From Alphaproteobacteria bacterium (GTDB taxonomy: Bacteria; Pseudomonadota; Alphaproteobacteria; SHVV01), in the NCBI GenBank assembly GCA_965261735.1, contig OZ253470.1, forward strand, positions 4,000,001 to 4,064,000: a DNA stretch of 64,000 nucleotides. Direction: 5' to 3'. This document shows positions 16,890 through 30,545 of the stretch, one piece after another; within the stretch, counting starts at the first letter, position 1; each line of letters begins with the position of its first letter. Made by a program: the position numbers and the translations under genes. The notes below the pieces were generated by a model. It saw only the letters and a program-made list of their open reading frames with translations, was not told where the DNA came from and did no database searches.

Positions 16890-17684
16890 GTGAAAACTCA
16901 AACGATCGGTGGCGTCACGGTCTCGCGGGTGGTCGAGATGGAGGGCCCGGATTTCGACCCGGCGTTCATCCTCCCGGACTCGAGCGCCGAGGTCTTCGAC
17001 GCCCACCGCGACTGGCTCGCGCCCCATTTCTATGACTACGGCGCGGGCAAGCTGATCCTCAGCTTCCATAGCTACGTGGTGCGCACGCGCCGCCATACGA
17101 TCCTCGTCGACACCTGCGCCGGCAACGACAAGAACCGCCCGACGAGGCCTTTCTATCATCAGCGCCAGGGGCCGTTCCTCGATGACCTCAGGGCCGCGGG
17201 CGTTGCCCCGGAGGCGGTGGACTACGTTTTCTGCACGCATCTTCACAGTGATCATGTCGGCTGGAACACGAGACTCGAGAACGGCCGCTGGGTCCCGACC
17301 TTTCCCAACGCTACCTACGTCTTCGGGCGCACCGAGTTCGTTTCCTTTGGCGACCTCGCCGACGACGGCAACCATGCGGCCGCCTATCAGGACAGCGTGC
17401 TGCCCATCGTCGAAGCGGGTCGTGCGGCCCTGGTGGAGACGGATTTCGCGCTCGACGACGAGGTCTGGCTCGAACCCTCGCCGGGCCATACCCCGGGCCA
17501 CTACTGCGTGCGCCTGGCCTCGCACGGGTCGCAAGGGATCCTCTCCGGAGACGTCATGCATCACTCCTTCCTCGAGCGCTACGCCGACACAGACGTGACC
17601 GTCTTTCCCGCCCATTTCGCGGCGCCCACGGCCGGGCGGATCAAAGGTGCGGCCGGCACCTGCACCTACGCGGTCCTCGACTGA
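16890..17684 (+). CDS. Metallo-beta-lactamase-fold hydrolase with an apparent in-frame internal deletion
   Basis: THLHSDHVGWN, PTFPNA.Y, PGHTPGH. GDVMHH is followed directly by SFLERYAD..PAHF. Confidence 0.8.
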   Translation: MKTQTIGGVTVSRVVEMEGPDFDPAFILPDSSAEVFDAHRDWLAPHFYDYGAGKLILSFHSYVVRTRRHTILVDTCAGNDKNRPTRPFYHQRQGPFLDDLRAAGVAPEAVDYVFCTHLHSDHVGWNTRLENGRWVPTFPNATYVFGRTEFVSFGDLADDGNHAAAYQDSVLPIVEAGRAALVETDFALDDEVWLEPSPGHTPGHYCVRLASHGSQGILSGDVMHHSFLERYADTDVTVFPAHFAAPTAGRIKGAAGTCTYAVLD

Positions 17685-18949
17685 CCCGGCGGGATTTGGC
17701 CGCGCCGCTCCGCGCTCGGCCGTACGTCCTCGGCGCGCCGGTACCAGACGAGCGAAGCCAGCACGAGGACGGCGAGGAACGCGAACATCCAGCGATAGCC
17801 GGCCGCCGCGACTACGCCGTCCACCGTGAAGGCACCGACGATGAAGCCGCTCGCCACCTGCACCACGGCGATGCCGCCCATGATGGTCAGGCTGAGAACC
17901 GCGATGCCACGGCCGAGCAGGTGGTCGGGGAAGATCGCGCGGCCGTGGGCGAAGGCGATAATGGTGTAGGCATTGAGCGGCGCGAGCAGCGCGAACAGCA
18001 AGGTCACCGCCCACAGCGGTGGCGCGGGCCAGGCCGCCAGCACCGCGAGCACGACGATGGTGGCCGCCGCCCCCCAGGCGACCACGCCACGGCGCGTGTC
18101 GACGTAACGCTCGAGAGGTCCGATCGCGAACAGCGCCGCCACCAAGGCTAGAGTCATGATGAGCTGGACGTTGGCCCGCGGCACGGGGCCGAGGCCGTGA
18201 ACGTCGTGCAGGTAGGGCCCGGCCCACAGGCCCATCACCGCGATCAGGCTGGCGTAGCCGACGAAATTGATCGCCAGCAAAGGGGGCAGGCGCGGATTGA
18301 GCACGACCTGGACGAGGCCGGCGAGCACGGCGGTCCCGCTCTCCGGCACGCGGGGCCCTGTCTCGCGCCCGGGCGGCGTATCGCGAACCACCACCAGGAC
18401 GACGATCGCGACGGCGGCGGTGATGAAGGCCACGGCAACGAACGCGGAGCGCCAGCCGAAGGCCTCGGCGGTGGCCGCCAACGGCGTGGTCGCGAGCAGG
18501 TTGCCGAGATTGCCGAGCGCGGTCAGCACGCCGGTGAGGGTGCCGAATTGATCGGGCGCGAACCAGCGCGCGCAGACGACCATTGCGCCCATCGCGCCGG
18601 CGCAGCCGACACCGGTAAGCAGGCGGGCCACGGTCAGCCCCGACATCGAAGTCGCGATCGAAAACAGGAGCGAGCCGATGACCGCGAAGGTGAACATCGC
18701 GGGAATGGTGATCCGCGCCCCGATCCGATCGAGCAGCATGCCGACCGGAATCTGGGCCAGCGCGAACGAGAGGAAGAACGCGCCGGTGAGGCCGCCCACG
18801 GCCTGTGGCGACAGCGCGAGCTCGCGCATCATGTCGGGCGCGATGACCGATATAGCGACGCGGTAGAACTGGACGACGACGTAGACCGCCCCGAGCGCCG
18901 CCAGGATCAGCGCCGTGCTACGCCATCGCGATACGGCGAGGTCGCTCAT
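17666..18949 (-). CDS. MFS transporter
   Basis: About 12 hydrophobic segments; G.LLDRIG.R motif A; RWF.P..FGT..G. Confidence 0.9.
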   Translation of the reverse strand: MSDLAVSRWRSTALILAALGAVYVVVQFYRVAISVIAPDMMRELALSPQAVGGLTGAFFLSFALAQIPVGMLLDRIGARITIPAMFTFAVIGSLLFSIATSMSGLTVARLLTGVGCAGAMGAMVVCARWFAPDQFGTLTGVLTALGNLGNLLATTPLAATAEAFGWRSAFVAVAFITAAVAIVVLVVVRDTPPGRETGPRVPESGTAVLAGLVQVVLNPRLPPLLAINFVGYASLIAVMGLWAGPYLHDVHGLGPVPRANVQLIMTLALVAALFAIGPLERYVDTRRGVVAWGAAATIVVLAVLAAWPAPPLWAVTLLFALLAPLNAYTIIAFAHGRAIFPDHLLGRGIAVLSLTIMGGIAVVQVASGFIVGAFTVDGVVAAAGYRWMFAFLAVLVLASLVWYRRAEDVRPSAERRGQIPPGQSRTA

Positions 18950-18966
18950 CGGGGATCGAGCGCGGC

Positions 18967-19761
18967 TTAGTCCTGGGGCCCGCTCTTGTAGCTCTGCATC
19001 TCATCGAGGCTGAACACTAGGCCGGCGCCGCCGAAGCCGCCATCGACGTTGAACACGGCGCCGGTCACGAACCCGCATTCGTCGGACGCAAGGTAGGTGG
19101 CCGCCGCCGCCACGTCCTCGGGCGTGCCATAGTGGCCCATCGGAATGCGGTCGAGATAGGCTTGCGTCTGTTCGGGGCCGTGGTTGGTGATGTCGGTGCG
19201 GATGGGCCCCGGCGCTATCACGTTGACGGCGATCCCCTTGGGCGCCAATTCGACCGCCATCACCTTGCTTAGGAGCATGAGTCCGGCCTTGGAGGTGCCG
19301 TACGCCGAGCGACCGGTGCCGCCCCGCTGGCCGGAGATCGAGCCGATATTGATGATGCGCCCGCCGCCCTGCTCGATCATGCGCCGCGCCGCCGCCTGCG
19401 CCGTGAGGAAGGTGCCGGTGAGGTTGACCCGCAGCACCCGCTCCCAATCGGCGAGGGTGGTGTCCACGAACATGCGGTGGAAGGCGACGCCGGCGTTGTT
19501 GACCAGGATATCGATGCGCCCGAAGGCTTCGGCACACGCGGCGACCATGCCCTCGCAGTCATCGGGGGCGCTCACGTCGCCGACGAAGAAGTGCGCGCGG
19601 CCTCCTGCCTCGCTGATGGCCCGCGTCGTGCCCTCGGCGGTCTCGCCGTTCTTGTCGACCAGCATCACGGCGGCGCCCTCGCGAGCGAACTGGGTGGCGA
19701 TGGAGCCGCCGATGCCGCGGCCCGAACCTGTCACGAGCGCAACCTTGTCCTTGAGCCTCAT
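18967..19761 (-). CDS. SDR oxidoreductase (FabG-like)
   Basis: TGSGRGIG, NNAG, YGTSK, NVIAPG, VDGG. Confidence 0.9.
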   Translation of the reverse strand: MRLKDKVALVTGSGRGIGGSIATQFAREGAAVMLVDKNGETAEGTTRAISEAGGRAHFFVGDVSAPDDCEGMVAACAEAFGRIDILVNNAGVAFHRMFVDTTLADWERVLRVNLTGTFLTAQAAARRMIEQGGGRIINIGSISGQRGGTGRSAYGTSKAGLMLLSKVMAVELAPKGIAVNVIAPGPIRTDITNHGPEQTQAYLDRIPMGHYGTPEDVAAAATYLASDECGFVTGAVFNVDGGFGGAGLVFSLDEMQSYKSGPQD

Positions 19762-19798
19762 GGGTGCCTCCTCGCTCTCCGGTCCTCGTGCGCTCGGG

Positions 19799-20599
19799 CT
19801 AACTACCGACCCGGAGCGGCGCCACCAGCCCGCGCAGCGCCGCGATCACGCTCAACGCCGTGATTCTGCCGGTGCCGGGGTTCTCGGGCGTCGGTACGTT
19901 CTCGATCGTCATCGTGAGGCGCGCGCTGTCGGCTTCCAAGGTGATCGAGTGGGTGTTGCGGGTGATCGTGGGGTCGGCCCAGATCTCGAGCCGCGTCGCC
20001 TCGGCGCCGATGCCGGCGAGCCCGAGCGCCGCGGCGACGTTCACGTTAGCCGGGAAGCCCCGGGCGCCATCCGCCGCGTTGCCTTCGAACACCCTAAGCG
20101 GCGCCTCGAGCTTGTCGATGCGGATGTCGTGGGCCTCGAGATAGGGTGCACCGGCCAGCGAGGCCGGAGGCTTGCGGGTGATCATCGTCACCGTGTCGAT
20201 GCGGCCTTCGGCCGCGGCACGCACGGCGTCGAGCCCGAGCAGCGCCCCGGTGGCGAGGATGATACGGCCGCCGTGGCGCTTGGCGAGGTCGACGATCTCT
20301 GGGTGTGCCAGTAGCCCGGCGCCGCTCACGGTGATCAGCAGCCGCCCGGCCTCGAGTGCCGGCCGGGCGATATCGACAAAGGCCGCCTTCGGGACGCACT
20401 CGACCACGACCTCGGCGCGCTGGGCGAGCTCGGCCGGCGAGACCACCGCCACCGACGATCGCAAGCCCGCGAGGTTGCGCTCGGCGTTGGCCCGGTCGCG
20501 GGAGCACACGGCGGCCAGCGCAAGCCCATCGATGCCTCCATCGAGGGCCCGCACCACCACCATACCGATGGTGCCCAAGCCGGCGACGCCCACCTTCAC
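19799..20599 (-). CDS. nadX: L-aspartate dehydrogenase
   Basis: GLGTIG, GALLGLD, TRKPP, F.G.A.....FPANVNVAA.L.LAGIG, ADP....N.H.I, NP.TG.IT.LS. GTG start follows GAGGGG. Confidence 0.85.
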   Translation of the reverse strand: MKVGVAGLGTIGMVVVRALDGGIDGLALAAVCSRDRANAERNLAGLRSSVAVVSPAELAQRAEVVVECVPKAAFVDIARPALEAGRLLITVSGAGLLAHPEIVDLAKRHGGRIILATGALLGLDAVRAAAEGRIDTVTMITRKPPASLAGAPYLEAHDIRIDKLEAPLRVFEGNAADGARGFPANVNVAAALGLAGIGAEATRLEIWADPTITRNTHSITLEADSARLTMTIENVPTPENPGTGRITALSVIAALRGLVAPLRVGS

Positions 20600-20706
20600 C
20601 AGTTCCCCTCCGCGTGCGGCGGCCCGGAACACGGGCGCGCCGTTGAATGTGCTAGCTTAGCCCGCGCTGCCGCGGCGGTGGCAAGGTATCTGGCGGGAAG
20701 GCGGAC

Positions 20707-21636
20707 ATGGCTCTCCTGTTCGCGGTGACGGACCGTGATCCGGCCCCGTGGGTGAGCGCGCTCGAGCGCGCCTTGCCCGATCTCGAGATCCGTGTCTGGC
20801 CGGATGTCGGGGCGCCCGAGGAGATCGAGTTCGCGATCGTGTGGGCGTTACCGCTGCGCGAGCTGCGCCGTTTTCCAGGCCTCAAGGTCATCTTTTCACT
20901 CGGCGCCGGCGTCGATGGCCTGCTCGCCGACCCGGACCGCCCGCCCGATGTGCCCCTCGTGCGCATGATCGATCCCGGCTTGCGCGAGGCCATGACCGAG
21001 TTTCTGGTCATGCGCACGCTCCATTACCACCGCCACATGCCGGACTACGAGGCCCAGCAGCGCAAGCGCATCTGGCGGGTGCTGGCTCACGTCGCGCCCG
21101 GCGAGCGCCGCGTCGGCATCATGGGGCTCGGCGTACTCGGCGCCCACGCGGGCTCACGCCTCACCGACCTCGGCTTTGCCGTCGCCGGCTGGACCCGGAC
21201 GGCCAAGGACATCGCGCGAATCGAGAACTTTCACGGCGAGGCCGCGCTCGTTCCCTTCCTCAAGCGTTCCCACATCCTGATCTGCCTGCTGCCGCTGACG
21301 CCCGCGACCGAGAACATTCTCGATGCCGCCGCGTTGGCGGCGCTGCCCGCGGGCGCGTGCATCATCAATTGCGGGCGCGGAGCTCAGATCGTCGATGCCG
21401 ACCTGCTCGCGGCCCTCGATTCGGGCCACCTCGCGGGCGCGACCCTCGATGTGTTCCGGACCGAGCCGCTATCCGCGTCCCATCCGTTCTGGGGCCATCC
21501 CAAGGTCAGCGTCGTCCCCCACATCGCCGCGCTCACCATGCCCGAGACCGCGGCACCCGTCGTCGCCGACAACATCCGCCGCTGGCGCGAAGACAAGCCG
21601 CTGCTGAACGGGGTCGATCCACAAGCTGGGTATTAG
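20707..21636 (+). CDS. ghrA: Glyoxylate/hydroxypyruvate reductase A-like 2-hydroxyacid dehydrogenase
   Basis: SLGAGVD, GIMGLGVLG, LLPLTP.TENIL, IN.GRG, LDVF.TEPL...HPFW.HP.V...PHIAA. Confidence 0.85.
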   Translation: MALLFAVTDRDPAPWVSALERALPDLEIRVWPDVGAPEEIEFAIVWALPLRELRRFPGLKVIFSLGAGVDGLLADPDRPPDVPLVRMIDPGLREAMTEFLVMRTLHYHRHMPDYEAQQRKRIWRVLAHVAPGERRVGIMGLGVLGAHAGSRLTDLGFAVAGWTRTAKDIARIENFHGEAALVPFLKRSHILICLLPLTPATENILDAAALAALPAGACIINCGRGAQIVDADLLAALDSGHLAGATLDVFRTEPLSASHPFWGHPKVSVVPHIAALTMPETAAPVVADNIRRWREDKPLLNGVDPQAGY

Positions 21637-21655
21637 GGTGTGTACTCATGAGCTG

Positions 21656-21728
21656 AGGTCTGCTTACGGCCACATTGCAGACCTAAAACCCCCGGCGCGG
21701 AGTGCCGGTCATGACCCAAAGCGGACAT
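21656..21728. repeat. Pair of palindromic repeat units
   Basis: AGGTCTGC-TTACGGCCACATT-GCAGACCT (21656-21684) and TGACCCAAAGCGGACAT (21712-21728). Confidence 0.7.
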
Positions 21729-21774
21729 AAGCTCCTTATCAAAGTTGGCCTTCTGCTTGCTATGGTAGGTACTA

Positions 21775-22134
21775 TCACTGTGGAATTACTCGGTGATGCA
21801 TTTGCCGAAGACTAAGTCGCGGCGATAGGGGGTACAAAATGAAACCTGACGTTGGAGATCTTCCATTTGCAGTGGAGTTAAAACTGCAACTATCTCGACT
21901 CTCATTCGGGGAGCATATAAGCTCGGAGATTATCTCGCCGACATCCGATTTTTCCAAATTAGATACCCTAGATGAGCCGGTTTTTTGCCGGAAGGTGTTT
22001 CTTTGGGCGCAATAATTTAGGCAAATACCCTGACGAAAATTTCGGGATAAATTGCCAATGTCATGATTACGAAGAATCAAGAATCTCTGACGGAATATTG
22101 GGAACAGTCTTTAACATTGACAAGGCAGATTCTT
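21775..22134 (+). pseudogene. AT-rich degraded coding remnant cut by IS1595 (similar remnant at 23242-23440)
   Basis: Low-GC sequence with broken reading frames ending at the IS boundary. Family not recognised. Confidence 0.3.
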
Positions 22135-23241
22135 CCTTGCCTATCCGGTTTACACCCACACCCACTAGGGCTAGAATGGGCGCAACCCGGATATAGGGGA
22201 GCGCGCCATGGATGTTCTCGACCGCGCCGATCTCCCATTCCCGCATTCGCTACCCGAGTTCCAGCGACTTTTCCCCGATGATGCGGCCTGCGCCGCCTAC
22301 CTGGAGAAAGCCCGCTGGGGAGACGGCTTTGCCTGCCCGCACTGCGGCACGGCGGGAGAGCCGTTCCACTTTGAAAACCGCCCTGGCGTCCTGCGCTGCC
22401 GCAAGTGCCGCCAGAACACCGGGCTGACGGTGGGAACAGTGATGGAGCGTAGCCACACTCCGCTGAACGTCTGGTTCTGGGCCGCTTATCTGGTCGCCAG
22501 TTAGACGCCCGGCATGTCCGCCGTGCAGTTTCAGCGGCAACTTGGTCTTTCGCGCTACGAGACGGCCTTTCAAATTCTCCACAAGCTCCGCTCGGGCATG
22601 GTGCGGCCCAACCAAGACAGGATCGGTGGACAGCCCAAGAACCATGTTGAGGTGGACGAAACCTGGGTTGGCGGGCGAACGCGTAGGGAAGGCCGTGGTG
22701 TTCACCACAAGGTTCCCGTCTCCTGTGCCATCGAGGTGCGTCATCGAAAGCCGGGCACCAAGCTCGACAACCGGAAAGACGGACGCTATGCCGGACGCGT
22801 TCGGCTCGCCGTCGTGCTCGACCGTAGCGCCGAGTCGCTCTGTGGGTTCGTCGAGAGCACCGTCGCGCCGGGATCGCTGATCGTTACTGACGATTGGAGC
22901 GGCTACGCTGGCCTCGGTAAGCGCGGCTATGAGCACTTCGCTGTTGCCGAGTGTGGTGATCCAGAGGTTGCCGAGCAATACCTGCCGATCATCCATCTGG
23001 TTTTCGCCAACCTGAAGACGTGGCTGATCGGTATCCACCACGGCGTTAGCCACCAGCACCTACAAGCCTACCTCAACGAGTTCACCTTCCGCTTCAACAG
23101 GCGGTTCTACCCGTTCAACGCCTTCCGCTCATTGCTCGGCATCGCGGGCGACACCTCTGCTCCAACTTATGCCGAGCTTTACTCGGGAGAGTGGCGGCAC
23201 CCTACATGTAGCGGTCATGGGCGTTAACCGGATAGGCAAGG
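22135..23241 (+). mobile_element. IS1595-family element, copy 1 (1107 bp)
   Basis: Perfect 16-bp IRs CCTTGCCTATCCGGTT / AACCGGATAGGCAAGG. Second copy at 55174-56205. Confidence 0.93.
22208..23227 (+). pseudogene. IS1595-family transposase with a nonsense mutation
   Basis: Zn ribbon CPHCG...CRKC, VEVDET, TDDW.GY, HLQAYLNEF.FRFNRR. TAG at 22502-22504 corresponds to CAG in copy 2. Confidence 0.93.
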
Positions 23242-23471
23242 CGCCACTAATAAATTTGCCCTCGATATTGGCAAAAAGGAGTTTGGCCAATGGTTGTTTA
23301 GAGTACGTCTTGCCTCCCTAGATTTTCCATCTGCTGAAAATCCAACGGCGTCAAAAATTAGCCGCAACCGCAATCGAACCCGCCGAAGCTGCTACCACCG
23401 TTATCCATCGCCGGCAGCCTCACACCGCGCACCTATCCTTTTGACACTCTCACCGTCCGAGCTTCATCCTA

Positions 23472-23545
23472 ATTTCCGCTTTTGGCTATATCCGGAAGTG
23501 ACGGAAGCTTCGCCGGAGGTCCGCTTTCAGGCACCGAGCGGACAT
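23472..23545. repeat. Pair of palindromic repeat units
   Basis: ATTTCCGCTTTTGGCTATATCCGGAAGT (23472-23499) and AGGTCCGCTTTCAGGCACCGAGCGGACAT (23517-23545). Confidence 0.75.
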
Positions 23546-23635
23546 CGGTGCGGGCATTCAATCATCTAATTACGACCTCATTTGCGAGTACATGACCCAG
23601 CTAGTCTCGGGCGGGGGCCGGGCAAACGCTGAGCG

Positions 23636-24832
23636 CTATAGCTCGACCACCACGTTGTGGGCCTTGAGCTCGTCGAGGACGCGGCTCACCTGCCGCGGGT
23701 TGGCCTCGGGGAAGGCCGCGCGAATCTCGCTGGCGGGAAACTGGTCGCGCTTGAGGATCCAGTCGACCAGCAGGTGGTCCGCGTCGGCCAGTGTTGTCTT
23801 CCACGTCCCGGCTCGCAATATCCACTCCTGGCCGCGGCGCACCAGCTTGAGCCCCTGCGCGGCGACGCGGTAGCGCGTCAGGGCCTCGGTTTCGGTAAAG
23901 CCGTAGTCCGCCCGCGGGGTTTGGAACTGCTGCAGCACCGCCTGGGCGAGCGGCAGTCCCCCGCCCTTCAGGGCGAGTCCCTTGAAGCGCTCCGCGAGCT
24001 TCTCGACGTGCGCTTTGAGCGCATCCTCTCCCTCGGGCCCCGCCGGCAGCGGCAGGCTCTCGCGGAACGCGGAATCGAGGAGCGCCCGCTCCCACATCGC
24101 CGACAGCCACTCGAGCCCGGTCGCGTCGGTCGAGCCGAAGGCGATGTGCATGGTGGCCTCGGTTTGTGCGAGGGCGTCGTGGAACTGGCCGCGCGGCAGA
24201 TACAAGAGGTCGCCCGGACGCATCCTGACCTCCTTCTCGATGGCCCCCTTCCGCCGGTCGTACTGCTCCTGCGGCATTTTCTGGAAGGAGTCATGCTCGA
24301 TCGGGTTGTCGTCGCGACCCTCGTAGACGCGCCACACCTTCTCGCCGCTCAGGTGCACGGCGTAGACGTCGTGGCAGTCGCGATGCGAATCGAAGGCCTG
24401 GTTCTCGGCCCACGAGCCGTACAGGTTGGCTTGGCATTTCGAACCCACCGCCGTCTCGATGGCGCGCGCGATGCCCGCGACACCTGGGTCGAGGGTCTCC
24501 GTGGCGTTGAGAATGAGCGATGCCCCGCGGCGAATGATTTCGGTGAGCTTGCGCGAGTCGGGCTGGAGCACCTGCTGCCAATTCCGATCCACCGCCTTGC
24601 GGCTGTAGACCTGCGGCGCCACCCGTTTGCGGTCGACGAAGAGCTGCAACGTGTGGCTGCTCCAGACCTCCATCTCGAGAAGGCGATTGAGTCGCTCCCA
24701 CGAAAAGACCGAGGCGAATTTCGCCGGATCGCCAGGAACGTGGAGCCACTTCTTGCGGTGATAACGGGCGAAGAACTCCTCGGGCGGAACCGGGCTGAGG
24801 AGTTCGGCGAAGCTGGAGATGCGCTCTACCAT
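23636..24832 (-). CDS. JmjC/cupin-4 (ROX/YcfD-like) 2OG-Fe(II) oxygenase with a C-terminal winged helix
   Basis: EEFF..Y..KK..H, ANLY.S, FDSHRD.HDV (HxD), G.K.W..Y, PGDLLYLPRG.FH.A; helical/wHTH-like C-terminus. Confidence 0.85.
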   Translation of the reverse strand: MVERISSFAELLSPVPPEEFFARYHRKKWLHVPGDPAKFASVFSWERLNRLLEMEVWSSHTLQLFVDRKRVAPQVYSRKAVDRNWQQVLQPDSRKLTEIIRRGASLILNATETLDPGVAGIARAIETAVGSKCQANLYGSWAENQAFDSHRDCHDVYAVHLSGEKVWRVYEGRDDNPIEHDSFQKMPQEQYDRRKGAIEKEVRMRPGDLLYLPRGQFHDALAQTEATMHIAFGSTDATGLEWLSAMWERALLDSAFRESLPLPAGPEGEDALKAHVEKLAERFKGLALKGGGLPLAQAVLQQFQTPRADYGFTETEALTRYRVAAQGLKLVRRGQEWILRAGTWKTTLADADHLLVDWILKRDQFPASEIRAAFPEANPRQVSRVLDELKAHNVVVEL

Positions 24833-24883
24833 CGCTCAGTCACGGGGCTCTCGGCCACCTCAGCATCGCTCGGTCTCCGCCAA

Positions 24884-28474
<3,591 letters not shown>

Positions 28475-28598
28475 CGGTCTACGGCTTGTCCCTCGGGCGC
28501 GGCAGGGTAGGTCGCGGCGGCTCGCGACAGCAGCGGAGCATAGGCCCGGCCGTGCGCGGCGACAAGGCGGCGGGGTCGCAAGCCCGCGGCCATGGCGC

Positions 28599-28627
28599 TT
28601 GACCCCCCGCACCGCTTCGATGATGCT
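28599..28627 (+). promoter_or_regulatory. Possible sigma-70 promoter for the Dpp-type operon
   Basis: TTGACC-17 nt-GATGCT, about 190 bp before the SBP start. Confidence 0.35.
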
Positions 28628-28814
28628 GTGGCCCAACTCGACGGGGCCGGTGGCCGCTCCTTGGCACTCTCGATGCGGTCGCCGCCAAGATGAGTCCGCG
28701 TAGTTCGAGGTTTGTTGGCGGTGCCGGCCGCTCCGAGGCTGAGCCGGGTCCGTGGCACATGACACGTCCGACCAACGAGGCGTGCCTTAGCGAACAACTA
28801 GAGGGAGACACGGA

Positions 28815-30419
28815 ATGAGCAGATCCCGAAATTTCCGGAGGGGGTGCGCCGGTTTGGTGCCGATCTTACTGGTTGCCCTGACGCTGGGCTTCGCCTGGCC
28901 GGCGGGGACGGCCGCGGCCCAAACCGAGTTGAGGGTAGCGGTCAGCACGTTCACCGGCGAAAAGGTCGACCCCATCAACGGCGGCTTCGGCATGCACCAG
29001 TATCAGGCGCCGATGTACGACTATCTGGTGACCATGAGCCGCGACCGCAAACCGAGCCCCGGCATCGCCGAGAACTGGTCGATATCCCCCGACGGCAAGA
29101 CCTACACCTTCAATATCCGCAAAGGGATGAAGTGGCACAACGGCGACCCCCTGACCGCGGAAGACGTGGCCAACCACTTCGATCGGATGGAAAGGGGAAC
29201 GGGCGCCTTCGTCGGTCCGTTCCGGACTAACATCGCATCGACCGAGGTCGTCGGTCCGTACAAGATCATCTTTCATCTGAAGAATCCGTGGCCCGATTTC
29301 ATCGATTTCCTCGGTCCCGGCGACACCTCGGTGGCCGCGATCACGCCGAAGAAGTACACCGACGAAGTGGGCGACGAGGGGTTCCGCAAGAACCCGATCG
29401 GCAGCGGCCCATGGAAGCTGATCGAGCACAAGACGGGCTCCTACTTCCTCTATGAGGCGGTGAGCGGCCATCCCTATCGGCCAACGCCCGGATTCGACCG
29501 CTTGCGGGTGATACTGGTGCCAGAAGAAAGCACCCGCGTCGCCATGCTCAAGCGCGGCGAAGCGCATCTCGCGGACATCGGCTTCGACTCGGCCAAGGAG
29601 ATCGTGGCCAGCGGCAACCAAGTGCTGGAGATTCCCAACTCCGTGCTGGTGTTCGTCAGCTTCCTGGGCGCCTGGGAAGAGCGGGCCAAGACGCTCAACA
29701 TACCCGTCCGCTGGGACAACAAGGGTGTGCGCAAGGCTTTGGCGATGGCGATCGACCGCGAGGAGTTGCTCGAGTTCATGGCCCTGGGCAAGGGCCGGCT
29801 GGCCCCTGTATTTCCTGCGTTCCCGGAGGGTTTCGGCTGGAATGAAGCGTGGGCCACGAACAACCAGACGCCCTATGATCCCGAGGGAGCCAAGCGCCTG
29901 CTCGCCGAGGCGGGCTACGCGGACGGCTTCAAGATCAGGCTCTACACCTTGCCGATCTCCGGGGCCCAATGGCTGCCCAAGATGGCGCAGATCGTCGCCG
30001 ACTATTGGAAGAAGATCGGCGTCGACGTGGATCTCGTCTCGACAGAGTGGGGTGCGTTCGGACCGGTTGCCTACGGCCGCCCGGATGAGGCCCTCGGTGC
30101 CGCCTACACCTTCCGCGTCACGCAATCTTCGTTCCCGATCGGCCGCATGACGAACTACGTGTCGGCCAGGGGCAAAGCCCTGCTTGCCAACGTCCCGTGG
30201 GACGACGATCACGCCGCCGTGGCGCAGCAAACCGACATGGCGAAGCGGGAGAAGATGTTCCAAGACTTCATGCTCAGGTTGAAGGATACCTACACCCTGA
30301 TCCCGGTGATGTACGTCAACGCCCTGTTCGGCGCCAGCAAGGACGTCACCAACTGGGTGCCCTACAACGGCTGGCCGAGCGCCGGCCTGTCCTACGAGTA
30401 CTTCAAGCCGGCGGGTTGA
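28815..30419 (+). CDS. ABC transporter substrate-binding protein, family 5 (Dpp/Opp-type)
   Basis: Signal peptide; PGIAENWSISPDGKTYTFNIRKGMKWHNGDPLTAEDV; PIGSGPWK; VRKALAMAIDR; YDPE.AK.LL.EAGY. Confidence 0.92.
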   Translation: MSRSRNFRRGCAGLVPILLVALTLGFAWPAGTAAAQTELRVAVSTFTGEKVDPINGGFGMHQYQAPMYDYLVTMSRDRKPSPGIAENWSISPDGKTYTFNIRKGMKWHNGDPLTAEDVANHFDRMERGTGAFVGPFRTNIASTEVVGPYKIIFHLKNPWPDFIDFLGPGDTSVAAITPKKYTDEVGDEGFRKNPIGSGPWKLIEHKTGSYFLYEAVSGHPYRPTPGFDRLRVILVPEESTRVAMLKRGEAHLADIGFDSAKEIVASGNQVLEIPNSVLVFVSFLGAWEERAKTLNIPVRWDNKGVRKALAMAIDREELLEFMALGKGRLAPVFPAFPEGFGWNEAWATNNQTPYDPEGAKRLLAEAGYADGFKIRLYTLPISGAQWLPKMAQIVADYWKKIGVDVDLVSTEWGAFGPVAYGRPDEALGAAYTFRVTQSSFPIGRMTNYVSARGKALLANVPWDDDHAAVAQQTDMAKREKMFQDFMLRLKDTYTLIPVMYVNALFGASKDVTNWVPYNGWPSAGLSYEYFKPAG

Positions 30420-30545
30420 GCGCGGCTCTAGTCGCTCGCCGGAGTACGCGGATGTAAAGACCGCCACGTTGCCCACGCCGGCCACCAGGCCGGCGAGGCG
30501 CAGCGTGGCGGTCCCTTGCCACCGCGAGAACGGGGGCACGCTTTC

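Larger units (their letters stand above)
21634..23604. mobile_element. Cassette-like island 2 (same end type and repeats as island 1), interrupted by IS1595
   Basis: Left end TAGGGTGTGTACTCATGAG begins at the ghrA stop. Right end GCGAGTACATGACCCAGCTAG. A pair of palindromic units sits at each end around an AT-rich degraded ORF. Confidence 0.55.

Noticed and set aside
6013-23545. GTCCGC/GCGGAC repeats as a CRISPR array or classical attC sites
   Set aside because: The units are degenerate and separated by gene-sized or irregular gaps. There are no cas genes or intI, and no RYYYAAC/GTTRRRY cores.
28475-28814. RiPP precursor or riboswitch in the divergent intergenic region
   Set aside because: No short ORF with an RBS and leader-like composition, and no recognisable riboswitch motif; an Rfam scan would be needed to exclude one.
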